From IMG/VR virus record IMGVR_UViG_3300020122_000238, positions 1-64,000 of that record: a stretch of 64,000 nucleotides of DNA; one strand, given 5' to 3'. Below the pieces are notes generated by a model. It did no database searches. It saw only the letters and a list, made by a program, of their open reading frames with translations, and was not told where the DNA came from. Position 1 is the first letter of the stretch. Each line of letters opens with the position of its first letter. The position numbers were made by a program, and so were the translations under genes. This document shows positions 40,239 through 50,342 of the stretch, piece by piece.

Positions 40239-40616
40239 ATGAGCAACATGAAGTTCGCGTCCAAGGACGCCAGCCGTATCCTCGGGCGTCTCGACGTCCT
40301 CGCCAAGACCATCCAGGAGAAGTACGCCGACTTCGGTTTCTCCTTCGATGATGCCAAGGGGATGGTCAACGATCTCGACACCGTGGCCGATCGTGTCGAG
40401 ATCGACTCCTTCGGCAAGGAGTCGTTCACCTCTCGTCAGGCGGAGGTGCTCCAGAAGGAGTCCGACGAGCCGTACATGGGAACGTACAAGAACCCCATGC
40501 AGCCCATTCAGACGGAGTCCGACGAGCCGTACATGAAGGCTTACGGGGATGACCAGTCGTCGGCTGTGATTCACGGCAAGGCGGAGAACGGTCGGCCTCT
40601 CGCACAGGGCCACTGA
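40239..40616 (+). CDS. Hypothetical head-region protein with ESDEPYM repeat
   Basis: GGAG RBS; strong codon bias. Confidence 0.8.
   Translation: MSNMKFASKDASRILGRLDVLAKTIQEKYADFGFSFDDAKGMVNDLDTVADRVEIDSFGKESFTSRQAEVLQKESDEPYMGTYKNPMQPIQTESDEPYMKAYGDDQSSAVIHGKAENGRPLAQGH
40457..40535 (+). repeat. 22-bp direct repeat GGAGTCCGACGAGCCGTACATG x2 (coding)
   Basis: Copies at 40457-40478 and 40514-40535. Confidence 0.85.
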
Positions 40617-40710
40617 TCCGGCTCTGTCCCGAAATGAACTCCGACGAGAAGTCTTCAATGGGGTCGTCCCACGAAATGACCATCCTGGTGAAGTGGCGGG
40701 AAGGGCTGAC

Positions 40711-41424
40711 GTGAGTATCGATTATTGGGCATTGGCAGCCGACTTCAAGACTGGGGATACCGTGCAACGGTTCGCTCCCGGTCTTGGGGGTCTATCGCTA
40801 TCGCCCTTCATGGGGAGGGTGACGGCGGTCCACAAGGGCTTGGGAGTCCTCGATGTCCAGTGGCCCTATGGTGTGGAACGCATGTTTCCAGACGACATCG
40901 TTCGGGTCGACCCTCGTCTGTCCGTGTATCTTCCTCCGACGCTCGACCAGTCGTACTCCTCGTACGACACCCAAAAGCAAGCCTCCGCTGGGACCTGGCG
41001 CACGCTGGAGGTCCCTCCTGACTTCCACAGGCACCTCGCTCAGCTTTGGGCCCGCAAGGCGAGCGACGTTTTGGCTTACGACGAGCTGTGGAAGAAGTAC
41101 GGCTCTTCGGTCTCGGATGCCATTCTACAGAGTGAGGTGCAGAAGTTCTACACCGTTGCCTCAACTCTTGTGGATCTGCGGATTCAGCAACACGCCATCA
41201 AGACGGCGGCATACTGGGTTTCGCAGAATCGGCAGTATCGGGTGACGAGCGAGGAGCACAACAGCCAGAAGCCTCTCTGCCCTCGGTGCGGCAGCATGAT
41301 GAGGAAGACCACCTACAAGATGGACAAGGGGGCACGGATGCGCCTCTTCGCCTGCCCCAAGGACCTCTTCCTTGTCAAGCAAACGGACCTTCTCGGACCT
41401 GGTGGAGAACCCATCGAATGGTGA
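40711..41424 (+). CDS. Hypothetical protein with C-terminal zinc ribbon
   Basis: CPRC...CPKD. Confidence 0.7.
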   Translation: MSIDYWALAADFKTGDTVQRFAPGLGGLSLSPFMGRVTAVHKGLGVLDVQWPYGVERMFPDDIVRVDPRLSVYLPPTLDQSYSSYDTQKQASAGTWRTLEVPPDFHRHLAQLWARKASDVLAYDELWKKYGSSVSDAILQSEVQKFYTVASTLVDLRIQQHAIKTAAYWVSQNRQYRVTSEEHNSQKPLCPRCGSMMRKTTYKMDKGARMRLFACPKDLFLVKQTDLLGPGGEPIEW

Positions 41425-41690
41425 CAGGTGCTCGTGTTATCCAGCGCTTCTACCAAGAGAAGGCAGCCACCGAATCTGCTCAACTCGCTCAGCAGATCAA
41501 GGATCTGTTGGGTGCTATTGAGAAGGCTCAAAGCCAGGCTTCAAAAGCTGAGGCTGCGGGACAACTCGGTAGGGCAGATGGCCTTCGATCCAAGATCCGG
41601 GACTTCCGCCAGAAGCTCGAACGTGCTGAGCATGACCATGTGATGGCCTTGGACCGTGAGGCGCCCTTTGAGGCGGAGGAATCCAAGTGA
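41418..41690 (+). CDS. Hypothetical coiled-coil protein
   Basis: Overlap-coupled; N-terminal ARVIQRF. Confidence 0.65.
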   Translation: MVTGARVIQRFYQEKAATESAQLAQQIKDLLGAIEKAQSQASKAEAAGQLGRADGLRSKIRDFRQKLERAEHDHVMALDREAPFEAEESK

Positions 41691-42022
41691 GTACCGTTGA
41701 TGCGGGATGGTTCCACAAGGACCTGAAGGACTTGGGGGATGGGGAGGGGAACTCTTACAACCTCGTGGGTCGTAATGGTATTCGCTACCCCTTCGACCAT
41801 GGGATCGTGATCGAAGGGGTAGCGAAGGACGGTCTGTTCCATGTCCAACAGGCTGGAGACAAGCTGGGGGTGAAGAACTCCCTCGCGGAAGCCAAAGCTC
41901 TGGCTCTCTCCAAGGCGGACTTCATGAAGTACGAGTACATGACAGGGATCCTGGCGACTCGTGTCCTTGCTCGTTTTCAAGCTGAATCGAAGGACGGCAA
42001 GCACCTTCCCACTCAGAAATGA
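41687..42022 (+). CDS. Hypothetical protein
   Basis: GGAGG RBS, GTGA overlap; C-terminal TRVLARF. Confidence 0.7.
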   Translation: MSTVDAGWFHKDLKDLGDGEGNSYNLVGRNGIRYPFDHGIVIEGVAKDGLFHVQQAGDKLGVKNSLAEAKALALSKADFMKYEYMTGILATRVLARFQAESKDGKHLPTQK

Positions 42023-42030
42023 GCCACTAA

Positions 42031-43518
42031 ATGGCCTTCCTACGATACGCAAACGCAGCCATCGTCAAGCCGGACATCAAGTTCGCCGGCTGGGATGAGG
42101 TCAAGAGCAAGAGTCAGACGAAGGGGAACCCCTTTGCTGATCGTGCCGCTGCCAAGGTCGTCTTCCAGAAGTACGACCCTTCGAGCTTCATGCTCTCCCA
42201 CTGCACGATCATCGCCTCGGTCGACACAGAGGAGAGCCCGGCAGAGCTTGGGGATCAGGTTGTTGCGGGCTTCCCGATCAACCGCAAGTACAAAGATTGG
42301 CTGATCGCCCCCAAGACGTCGAAGTATATCAACAACAACCACGACGCCTGGGAGCGGAAGCTCCTCTTGTCGTGCTTCCGTACGTTCATCGGCGGGGAGA
42401 ACTACGTCGAACACATTCAGATCCCGGAGATGTCTCGCGGGAAGATCATCGATGCAGCGGCTCGGGACATCGGGGACTCCATATATGTGGACATTCTCGT
42501 GGCCACCGATAGGAAGCACCGCCCCCTCATCTCGGCCATCACGAGCGGGCAGCTTCAGACCCTCTCGATGGGGTGCCAGGTTGAGTTCACCGTCTGTACG
42601 AAGTGCGGCAACGTCGCCTACGACGAGACGCAGCTCTGCCCCGACATTCGTTACGCCAAGGGCAATGAATGGGTCGACGACTTCGGCAACAAGCGTCGAA
42701 TTGCAGAGCTGTGCGGGCACATCGCAGACGAACCCGGGAGCGTCAAGTTCATCGAGGCGAGCTGGGTTGCAAACCCAGCTTTCACTGGTGCCGTCCTCCG
42801 CAGCATCCTATCTCCCGAAGAGATTGCTTCTTATGGGGGTCAGATTCAGGCGGCATTCGCTGGGGGCACCCGGGTGGCAAATCCGGATCTCTTCCAGAAG
42901 GCTGCCTACAGCCTCATCCGGCAAGCTCAATTTGGGGGTGACGATACTCAGGAAAAGGAAGATGTCACCAAGCCGCCTACTCCCGCCCCCAAGGCACCGG
43001 AGAAGGCTCCCTTTGACAAGGCCGTTGATGACCTCGCAGCTACCCTCCAGGAGAAAGCTCTGGAGAAGGTGCGTGGGGACATGGCCAAGAGCGATTCCCC
43101 GATTGGGGACGCGAACAACAACGACAACCTCATCAAGTCCGCTCTCCGGAATCCTATTTGGAAAGAGGTGGCTCGTTCCTTGGTGGCGACTGTTGGGGGT
43201 GGTAGGTCTGCACGGCAAACCCTTTTGGGTCTCATCCTCCTCAAGACGGGTGGTTGGGGTGCCGTGCAAGCTTCGAAGATGCTCAGCGGACGTGAAATCC
43301 TGGCTGTTTCTCGTATTGTGGACCTTGCAAGCAAGCGAACCATGATGGCGGGAGAGGGTCGGATCTATCGAGCCGTGGTCGCGGTTGGGGGGACGTCCCG
43401 CTATCGTGATGTCACGCAATACATGACGGCTTGCTGTCATGCCCTCGGACGTGAGCCCTCCGAGGACGAGAAGAAGGCACTCTTGGTCAAGGGTCAACTC
43501 TTCTCGCTGGGTGCGTGA
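42031..43518 (+). CDS. Prohead (capsid maturation) protease
   Basis: NNNHD, NYVEH, GKIIDA, LSMGC (catalytic Ser candidate), EASWVANPA; directly upstream of scaffold and MCP. Confidence 0.75.
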   Translation: MAFLRYANAAIVKPDIKFAGWDEVKSKSQTKGNPFADRAAAKVVFQKYDPSSFMLSHCTIIASVDTEESPAELGDQVVAGFPINRKYKDWLIAPKTSKYINNNHDAWERKLLLSCFRTFIGGENYVEHIQIPEMSRGKIIDAAARDIGDSIYVDILVATDRKHRPLISAITSGQLQTLSMGCQVEFTVCTKCGNVAYDETQLCPDIRYAKGNEWVDDFGNKRRIAELCGHIADEPGSVKFIEASWVANPAFTGAVLRSILSPEEIASYGGQIQAAFAGGTRVANPDLFQKAAYSLIRQAQFGGDDTQEKEDVTKPPTPAPKAPEKAPFDKAVDDLAATLQEKALEKVRGDMAKSDSPIGDANNNDNLIKSALRNPIWKEVARSLVATVGGGRSARQTLLGLILLKTGGWGAVQASKMLSGREILAVSRIVDLASKRTMMAGEGRIYRAVVAVGGTSRYRDVTQYMTACCHALGREPSEDEKKALLVKGQLFSLGA

Positions 43519-43607
43519 TTCTGTTTATAATTCGTCAGCCTACGTAAAACACGGTCGAGAACTTCTTCTCATCGTCTTCGGAGGCTGTCCCGATAGGGAG
43601 TCAAGAC

Positions 43608-44885
43608 ATGCGTACACGCACCACCTGGAACCGAGATCAGATCAAGCAGGGGTCGTCGCGGACGGCAGAGGATCCCCGGTCCATGAATCAGGACCACCTC
43701 AGCCAACAGCCTTCGGCGGACAAGTACACCAACGGAGATCCGTCTTCATGGGCGGAGGACATTCACTCCCCCAATGAGTGGGAGAAGGAGTACTCGGGTG
43801 GGCAGACCAAGCGTGACGAGATCGGCATGCCGGAGAAGCGCCCCGAAACCTACAACCATCCTGAGAAGACGGCTGCGGCCGGGAACGAAGAGTTCTACAT
43901 GAAGAAGGCCGATTTCACCGTCAAGCTCGCAAGGATGATGCTCGGCAACACGGCACCTGAGTCGGCCATCGAGGATCAGGCGGTCAATCTGATGCATGTG
44001 CCGGATACGGCCCTCATCGCGACCTACGCCAGCCTCTCCGAGCGTCTCGCTCAGCAGGGTCAGTCACAGGAAGAGAAGGATCAGGAGCAGACTCAGCAGA
44101 AGCAGGCTGCCCTCCAGCTCCGCGCTCAGAAAGCCTTCCAAGCTGGTGATCTCGCCGGAGCCAAGCTGGCTCTCGATGAGGCCCTCGCCATGCCGGCCCC
44201 CACTGCGACGACTCCTGTCGACACCTCGACGGCCCCCTCGACCAGTGTCGCTGCGCCCGCGGCCATGCAGAGCACCCAGGCCCCCGCGGTGTCTGCGGAC
44301 ATCATGCAGGTTGTCCAGGCGGCTGTCACCGCTGCTCTCAAGCAGGCGGGTGTCCTTCGCGCGAACGATCAGCAGATGCCGCAACAGCAGCAGGTCTCGC
44401 AGCAGCAGATGCCCCAGATGCAGCAGTCGCAGCAGCAGATGCCGCAACAGCAGGTCTCACAGCAGGCTCCTCCGATGCAACAGCAGTCGGATGACGCTCT
44501 CCTCGACGACCTCATGGGCGGGATGGGCGGCGGCGACATGTCCGAGTCGGACATCGAGCTGGACGCCCCTCCGATGGACCTCGGCGATGGTGGGGAGATG
44601 CAGCTCGGTCCGGAGGACGACGTCCTCCGGACCCTCTTCGCAACCCAGGAGTCGCAGGACGCGGAGCAGGCACAGCAGGATCAGCAGGGCGCGCAACAGC
44701 AGAAGCAGGCTGGCATGGGCCGCACGGCTTCGACTCGCACGGTCGGGACTCGTCCCACGGGCGGCGTCTCGCGGGTCGGTGGCGGAGTGGCTGGCTCGGG
44801 CAATCGCTCAGGCAATGACATCGACAAGCTCTCGGCCCTCTGGCCCTCGGCTCCCGATGTTCGCGACGCCTTCAACATGAAGTGA
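43608..44885 (+). CDS. Putative scaffolding protein (Gln-rich)
   Basis: Low-complexity Q/A/D-rich protein between the protease and capsid genes. Confidence 0.6.
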   Translation: MRTRTTWNRDQIKQGSSRTAEDPRSMNQDHLSQQPSADKYTNGDPSSWAEDIHSPNEWEKEYSGGQTKRDEIGMPEKRPETYNHPEKTAAAGNEEFYMKKADFTVKLARMMLGNTAPESAIEDQAVNLMHVPDTALIATYASLSERLAQQGQSQEEKDQEQTQQKQAALQLRAQKAFQAGDLAGAKLALDEALAMPAPTATTPVDTSTAPSTSVAAPAAMQSTQAPAVSADIMQVVQAAVTAALKQAGVLRANDQQMPQQQQVSQQQMPQMQQSQQQMPQQQVSQQAPPMQQQSDDALLDDLMGGMGGGDMSESDIELDAPPMDLGDGGEMQLGPEDDVLRTLFATQESQDAEQAQQDQQGAQQQKQAGMGRTASTRTVGTRPTGGVSRVGGGVAGSGNRSGNDIDKLSALWPSAPDVRDAFNMK

Positions 44886-44981
44886 ACCAGCCGTCTGAAA
44901 GGACCTCTGGTGCGCCCTCACGGGCGGGATCGAATCGAATTAACACCCGAAATCACGCCACGCTAAGGGAGTAGATACAAA

Positions 44982-45614
44982 ATGAGTTCCTTCGCCATCG
45001 GCGGACAGTCTTCGGGTGACTTCAAGGAGACCGCAGCTCGGGTCCAGCTTCTCAACATCGTCACACGCAACAGCGTGGGTGTTCTGACGCCGGATTCGTT
45101 CACGCAGGCCAATCCCCCCGTCGTCACCACGCAGAAGTCCACCACCCTTTCGAACATCAGCAAACTCGGAGTGCTTGGAGGCAGCATCGCCTTCACTCGC
45201 TACGACTACGGCAATGGGTTCCACGGTGGACCTGTCAAGGTCTCGGGTGCCTACGACGCCAAGATCAAGCCGCTGGGCATCTACCTGAACGACAGCCTCG
45301 GGAACGCCTTCGAGAACACCCCTGGTGTCGCCTCGAACCGTGGTCCCTACGCCTGTGGCTCGGGGACGACTGTGGGCCTCTCGGTCTACGAGACCAAGAA
45401 GCAGCTCGCGACCACACCGGGTGATGTCATCACCTACGCGGCTGGCGATGCGGTCTACGCCTCGGTCAACGGACTCGTCACGAACGTCCTCGCGGACGCC
45501 TACGAGTACAACGTCTCTGGTCAGGGCTTCGTGTACTTCGTGACCCTGATCGGCATCGTGAAGGTGGCTCCGGACGCCAACTCGTCGCTCCTCGTGATCG
45601 ACCTGCGGGTCTGA
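44982..45614 (+). CDS. Capsid decoration/cement protein
   Basis: Immediately upstream of MCP; PLGIY.ND, YAAGDAVYAS.NG, IGIV..AP pattern. Confidence 0.7.
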   Translation: MSSFAIGGQSSGDFKETAARVQLLNIVTRNSVGVLTPDSFTQANPPVVTTQKSTTLSNISKLGVLGGSIAFTRYDYGNGFHGGPVKVSGAYDAKIKPLGIYLNDSLGNAFENTPGVASNRGPYACGSGTTVGLSVYETKKQLATTPGDVITYAAGDAVYASVNGLVTNVLADAYEYNVSGQGFVYFVTLIGIVKVAPDANSSLLVIDLRV

Positions 45615-45651
45615 TCCAACACCGGATTTCTGAGGAGCAAAAGAGGACGAC

Positions 45652-46533
45652 ATGAACAACCAGGTTTCCAACGAGCTGAAGCAGCAAATCATCAGCGAGT
45701 ACATCAAGACGGCCGCCGGCCGTGCAAAGCTCGCTGCGTCGATGATCCAGCCCCTTCGGCTGCGTCGTGACTACACCGCGGTCGGTCGCAAGACCTTCCT
45801 CGTCGAGCAGCTACCGGATGGAGCGTTGCCGATCTATGACAAGGACCCCGACGTCACGGCCTTCGTGGTCGGCGAGGAGGGTCAGAACATCCTCGCGATC
45901 CAGAAGCCGCGTCGGGTCATCTTCCCGCTGTTTGAGATCGCCTCGAACCCCGAGATCCCGCTCACGCAGATCAAGGAGCGTCGCTTCGACCTCATCGAGC
46001 GTTCGCAGGACCTCGCGAAGGCCCAGATCCAGGCCGCCGAAGATGAGCGCGTCTTCACGGTTCTCGACTCGATCGCCGTTTCCGGCTTCGACACCCTCCC
46101 CGGGCAGTCGAACCCTGACGTCGCGGTGGTGGCCCCCATCTCTCCGGCCGTCCTCGCGGACGCGTTCGCCGAGATCGAGCGTCACGACCTTCGGGTTGCC
46201 CGGATCTACATGAACGCGGTCGACTACGCGGACATCCGCAAGTTCGGCCGTGACATCCTGGACATCGAGAGCCAGGCCACCCTCCTCAAGACTGGCCTCC
46301 AGGCCGTCCTCTGGGGTGCGCAGATCATCACGTCGAGGCTCGTCCCCGTCGGGTTCGTCTACATCTGCGCGGAGCCCGAGAACTTCGGTCGCTTCCCGGT
46401 CCGCACGGAGCTGACGGTCCTCTCGGCCGACGATCCCAAGGCCCGCACGATCGGCTTCTCGTGTTTTGAGAACGTCGGCATTGGTGCCTTCAACCCCAAG
46501 GCACTCACTCGGGTGGTTGTGCAGCGTTTCTAG
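45652..46533 (+). CDS. Major capsid protein (HK97 fold)
   Basis: GAGG RBS, strong codon bias, follows protease-scaffold-decoration; IYMN...LWGAQI A-domain pattern, ends ENVGIGAFNPKA; followed by a terminator. Confidence 0.85.
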   Translation: MNNQVSNELKQQIISEYIKTAAGRAKLAASMIQPLRLRRDYTAVGRKTFLVEQLPDGALPIYDKDPDVTAFVVGEEGQNILAIQKPRRVIFPLFEIASNPEIPLTQIKERRFDLIERSQDLAKAQIQAAEDERVFTVLDSIAVSGFDTLPGQSNPDVAVVAPISPAVLADAFAEIERHDLRVARIYMNAVDYADIRKFGRDILDIESQATLLKTGLQAVLWGAQIITSRLVPVGFVYICAEPENFGRFPVRTELTVLSADDPKARTIGFSCFENVGIGAFNPKALTRVVVQRF

Positions 46534-46565
46534 TCGCTGAGCTGGCCTGAAAAGGCCAGAAAAGA

Positions 46566-46605
46566 AAAGGCCCTGCTCGGGAAACCGGGTGGGGCCTTTC
46601 TCTTT
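46566..46605 (+). terminator. Rho-independent terminator, probably bidirectional
   Basis: AAAGGCCCTGCTCGG-GAAA-CCGGGTGGGGCCTTT then CTCTTT; A-tract on the 5' side. Confidence 0.85.
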
Positions 46606-46693
46606 GGTGTATATTCGGGCGATGACGAAAGAAGAACTAGCCGCTCTCAAAGAGCAAATCTTTCAGGTGTGCACTTGCAGACTTGGGGTTGAG

Positions 46694-46969
46694 CTACTCC
46701 AAGAGTTCGAGCTGCTCCGGGCCGTCATCGACGACGTCCTTCTTCGAGCCCTTGCCCTTCTTGAACTTCACGGGTTTCTGACGCTGCTCTTCGATGAAGG
46801 AGCGGATCACCGTGATGCAGTCTTCCTTCGCAATCCCAGATCGCATACACGCATAGAGTGTGATCTTCCAGTTACCGGGGACCACCTTGGCAACTGCTCG
46901 TCCCAGCTCGCGAAGATCCTCGATCCCCTCGGCTCGCTTCTTCTGCATGATGGTGAGGAGGCTGTCCAT
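46694..46969 (-). CDS. Hypothetical protein with C-terminal QLELL motif
   Basis: One of three consecutive minus-strand ORFs with genome-typical codons. Confidence 0.6.
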   Translation of the reverse strand: MDSLLTIMQKKRAEGIEDLRELGRAVAKVVPGNWKITLYACMRSGIAKEDCITVIRSFIEEQRQKPVKFKKGKGSKKDVVDDGPEQLELLE

Positions 46970-46979
46970 GAGGTGCTCA

Positions 46980-47183
46980 CTACGCTGTCTTGAGGACAGC
47001 CTGAAAGTTTCTCTCCAGCTCGATGGTGTTGATCGGTCCCGTCGAGGTCTTGATGTACTTCAGACAGATGAGCAGGAGTTCGAGGGTGGTGGCCACGCCG
47101 TCGATCGCAGGAGCTTGGTCTCCTTGCTCCAGGCTATCGAGTTGAGCTTGAGCAACTTCTTGAACTGTATCGAGAGCGTCCAT
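46980..47183 (-). CDS. Hypothetical protein
   Basis: GAGGGG RBS. Confidence 0.6.
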   Translation of the reverse strand: MDALDTVQEVAQAQLDSLEQGDQAPAIDGVATTLELLLICLKYIKTSTGPINTIELERNFQAVLKTA

Positions 47184-47213
47184 TTCCCCTCTACAGGTCG
47201 CAGGCGTTGACGA

Positions 47214-47531
47214 TCAACCGACCGCTTCCGGGATGTCGTTCATGTCGGCCCACGTCCAGTAGCCTCCAGCCCCGACCCATTGCACGGTGGGGTTCCTCAC
47301 CTGCCTCAGAACGTCGTCAGGTCCGGCGTCAGGGTGTCCAGGGCGGACCTGATCTTGGCTGTAGCCGTTGGTGATGGAGTGGATCCGGACCTTGTAGGTC
47401 CGACCAGCCGGCGGGCGATCTGGGCCGGTCGATCCCAGTTTGGTGCCCTTGGGGATGGTCACCCATTGCCCCTTGCTCACCTGGAACTTGGTGGGGTCGC
47501 AAAAACCGACGAATTTTTTGGGGGTAGTCAC
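47214..47531 (-). CDS. Hypothetical protein
   Basis: In-frame GTG at 47531 preceded by GGTGTA-N9. Confidence 0.6.
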   Translation of the reverse strand: MTTPKKFVGFCDPTKFQVSKGQWVTIPKGTKLGSTGPDRPPAGRTYKVRIHSITNGYSQDQVRPGHPDAGPDDVLRQVRNPTVQWVGAGGYWTWADMNDIPEAVG

Positions 47532-47640
47532 GCCTCTACCTACACCTCTACCAGCTCCAAGATCAACCCCTCGGATGCGGTAGTACACTTATCCGTTTGC
47601 TCTTGATGGGGACCTACATCTTCTTCAGGAGAGCGGACAC

Positions 47641-48870
47641 ATGGCATCGGAACAGATTGCATTTCGACACGGCGAACTCCAGCACTTCATCACGACCCGG
47701 GGCTTCACGCTTGGCAACATCGGCAACGGGCAACCCTTGACTCTCTCGAAGGGGACGGATGTCATGTTTGATGGGACCACAGCCGAAGTGAATGGGGGTC
47801 GCTACCCGATGCCGCAGCTTCGGGGGGCGTTCAAGGCTGGCTGGCTCATCCGCGCACAGAACTACGACGAGTTCGATACGACGTCGGAGCGTCCGCGTTC
47901 GGCGAACATCCAGGTCAAGCATGCAGCGGATGGTGGCAACCCACTCCGACCGAACCAGTCGAACTTTGCACGGGCTACGAGCGAAGATGTCGACGAGCGT
48001 GAGGTGGGAAACGTCACGGTTCATGCGAACTCGATTCGGGATCGCAACAACGGGTATGTCCCCGGCCAGCGGGTGACGGGGCAGGTCATCATCGAGCCGC
48101 AAGACGGCGTCGAGGTTCGAGCTGGTTTTCAGACTCCTTCGGGAGATGAGGCGAACCGGCACGCCCTCAACAGGTCGCAGCTTCGTGGGGACAATGTTGG
48201 GGGTCTTCTGCATCACGCGAACAACGTGGGTCAGATTGCTCCTGGGGAAGGCATCTCCGAAGAGGAGTACCTGGCTCGCATGAGTCCTCGCCAGAGGGAT
48301 GAGTATCTCGCGCAGATCGAGATGCGCCGTTCGCAGTACGTCTCGGAGCCCCGTCAGTCCCAGCCGACGATGCTGGACAACAGTGGTTCTCGGGTGGTGG
48401 GTCGGGTTCAGAACCGCGGGTCGGAGACTCGGGAGGGGATCACTGCTAGCCTCTACACGGGCGGCGGGACCGAGACGGCCGACATGTCGGGGTATGACCA
48501 GGCTCCGGCTCGTTTGTCGACCATCACCCAGGATGGGATGACCTTCAGGACCACCAATGGTCCCCGAAGGGACGTCAACAACGTGGCCGAAGCCTCGGGA
48601 GCACCCACTCGGGTGGTCGCTTCGCTCAACCCTTCGCCGGCTGTGTCGGTCAAGGAAGCTCCGGCGAACGTTCGCCGGATGGTCGCCAAGCAGTTCTGTG
48701 CTGACTTCCCCGACAACTACGACTTCACGGTGTCCCCCCGGAAGAAGCTCGCTCGTCTCCAGGCCGACTACGAGGATCGTCACGATGTCCTCAAGGCCGT
48801 CTTCGCAGCCGAGGGCGACGACATGAAGGAGATGCTTCTTTCGGAGTTCCCCCAGGCTTTTGAGAGCTGA
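47641..48870 (+). CDS. Hypothetical protein
   Basis: 409 aa, AGGAG upstream. Confidence 0.8.
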   Translation: MASEQIAFRHGELQHFITTRGFTLGNIGNGQPLTLSKGTDVMFDGTTAEVNGGRYPMPQLRGAFKAGWLIRAQNYDEFDTTSERPRSANIQVKHAADGGNPLRPNQSNFARATSEDVDEREVGNVTVHANSIRDRNNGYVPGQRVTGQVIIEPQDGVEVRAGFQTPSGDEANRHALNRSQLRGDNVGGLLHHANNVGQIAPGEGISEEEYLARMSPRQRDEYLAQIEMRRSQYVSEPRQSQPTMLDNSGSRVVGRVQNRGSETREGITASLYTGGGTETADMSGYDQAPARLSTITQDGMTFRTTNGPRRDVNNVAEASGAPTRVVASLNPSPAVSVKEAPANVRRMVAKQFCADFPDNYDFTVSPRKKLARLQADYEDRHDVLKAVFAAEGDDMKEMLLSEFPQAFES

Positions 48871-48916
48871 ATCCCTAGTCCTCTTGTGAGCCGTCTCCCG
48901 GTGATGGAGATGGCTC

Positions 48917-49762
48917 ATGACAGAATCTAGCGGCGGTTGTTTGAGTCGCGCTGGACACGAAAAGAACGCTTCCGGCGTCGTCGTGTACCTCATTGAAGAG
49001 CTGGGAGACGCTCGTCTCCGTACAGCACAACTCAAGAAATACGTTCAAGAAGCTGTCGATCTCATCGACAAGGCCGAAAATCGGGACCAGCTCTTCGAGG
49101 TGGCGGGGCATTTGATCCACGGGATCCCCGACATGCTGTTCAAGCTTGACAAGGCTTTGGACGCATCGGCCATGGCTGCCGCTCGTCTCGACTACGAAGA
49201 AATCAAGCAAAACCTCAAGCCTGAGAAGGCGGAGGAACTTGAGGATGTCCTTCAAGACATCCGTCTACCATACTTGAAGCGTCGATCTGAGGATGCAACC
49301 CCCAAGTCGACTCAGATTGACAACGTGCAGAGGACTACTCCCATGAAGAACACGAAAGAAGCGGCTGCGGAACTGATCAAGATGGCAGAGATTGCCGATG
49401 CAACGGGCAAGGTCCCGGTGGCTCGTCTCGTCTCGCTCATCGCCCACCTGGAAGGGAATCAGCGCCAGGCTGGGGACATCTCGAAGAAGGCTTCACGCTT
49501 CTTCCAACAGGCGGCAACGACCCTGTCGACGCAGAAGAACCCGAGCCGGACGCAGCTCGCTTCCGTCCTTCGGAAGGTGCTCGCCGACTCGATGCAGATG
49601 GATGCGGCGACCATGCAGTCCGCCATCTTCCAACAGGCCAACTCTCGCGAGGAGGTCATGAAGGGCTTCCAGAAGGCCAACCCCAGCATGTCGGATGCTG
49701 ATGCCGAGAAGGCTGCCGATCAGTGGGAAAAGAACAAGAACGTCGTCAAGGACAAGCACTGA
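48917..49762 (+). CDS. Hypothetical helical head-region protein
   Basis: 281-aa ORF. Confidence 0.75.
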   Translation: MTESSGGCLSRAGHEKNASGVVVYLIEELGDARLRTAQLKKYVQEAVDLIDKAENRDQLFEVAGHLIHGIPDMLFKLDKALDASAMAAARLDYEEIKQNLKPEKAEELEDVLQDIRLPYLKRRSEDATPKSTQIDNVQRTTPMKNTKEAAAELIKMAEIADATGKVPVARLVSLIAHLEGNQRQAGDISKKASRFFQQAATTLSTQKNPSRTQLASVLRKVLADSMQMDAATMQSAIFQQANSREEVMKGFQKANPSMSDADAEKAADQWEKNKNVVKDKH

Positions 49763-49763
49763 C

Positions 49764-50330
49764 GTGTTCGGATGGGACCCTTCTGTGGCGGAGTACAAGC
49801 TCCCTGGAGGGGGTCCTTCTCCCCGTGGGATGTCTCTTGACAAAGACACCCCTTACCGAGAAGGTCTGACTGCCTTTTTCGTTGCCCACATGTTCTATAT
49901 GGAGCGGGCTCCCGAACGTCGGCTGACTGCCGCTCGTGTCGAGCATATAGAGCAGGGGTTGTCGCGTCAAATTCGAGATCGAGCGAAGAAGTGCCAGGTG
50001 ACTCTCAAAAGGGTGGACGCTGGCAATCTGCGTTGGATCTTCGCAGTCGATTCAGGCAAGGGTCCAAAGGTCGTTCGGCTCAAGGCAACCAGGCTTGGGA
50101 AAGTCGTCCGGTTGACCAAAATGGACCTTCATTTCGCGTGCTCGTGTCCTTCCTGGCAGTGGCAGGGTCCTGAATATCATGCGAAGCAAGAAGGATACAT
50201 TGATGGAAAGCCCAGAGGTACAGCCTCAGCTCCAAATGTCGCAGATCCAGAGCACGAAAACCGTGTGTGCAAACACGTAGCTGCCGTGCTCGATTTCGTT
50301 CGCAAATGGGAGGTCCCACCTCCGAAATGA
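49764..50330 (+). CDS. SWIM zinc-finger protein
   Basis: CSC...CKH motif. Confidence 0.75.
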   Translation: MFGWDPSVAEYKLPGGGPSPRGMSLDKDTPYREGLTAFFVAHMFYMERAPERRLTAARVEHIEQGLSRQIRDRAKKCQVTLKRVDAGNLRWIFAVDSGKGPKVVRLKATRLGKVVRLTKMDLHFACSCPSWQWQGPEYHAKQEGYIDGKPRGTASAPNVADPEHENRVCKHVAAVLDFVRKWEVPPPK

Positions 50331-50342
50331 AAAGGAATCAGA

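Noticed and set aside
44370-44490. CAG-rich tandem repeats
   Set aside because: They encode Gln-rich low-complexity sequence of the scaffold protein, not a DNA-level element.
45652-46533. Bacterial encapsulin operon
   Set aside because: The terminase-portal-protease-scaffold context shows this is a phage MCP.
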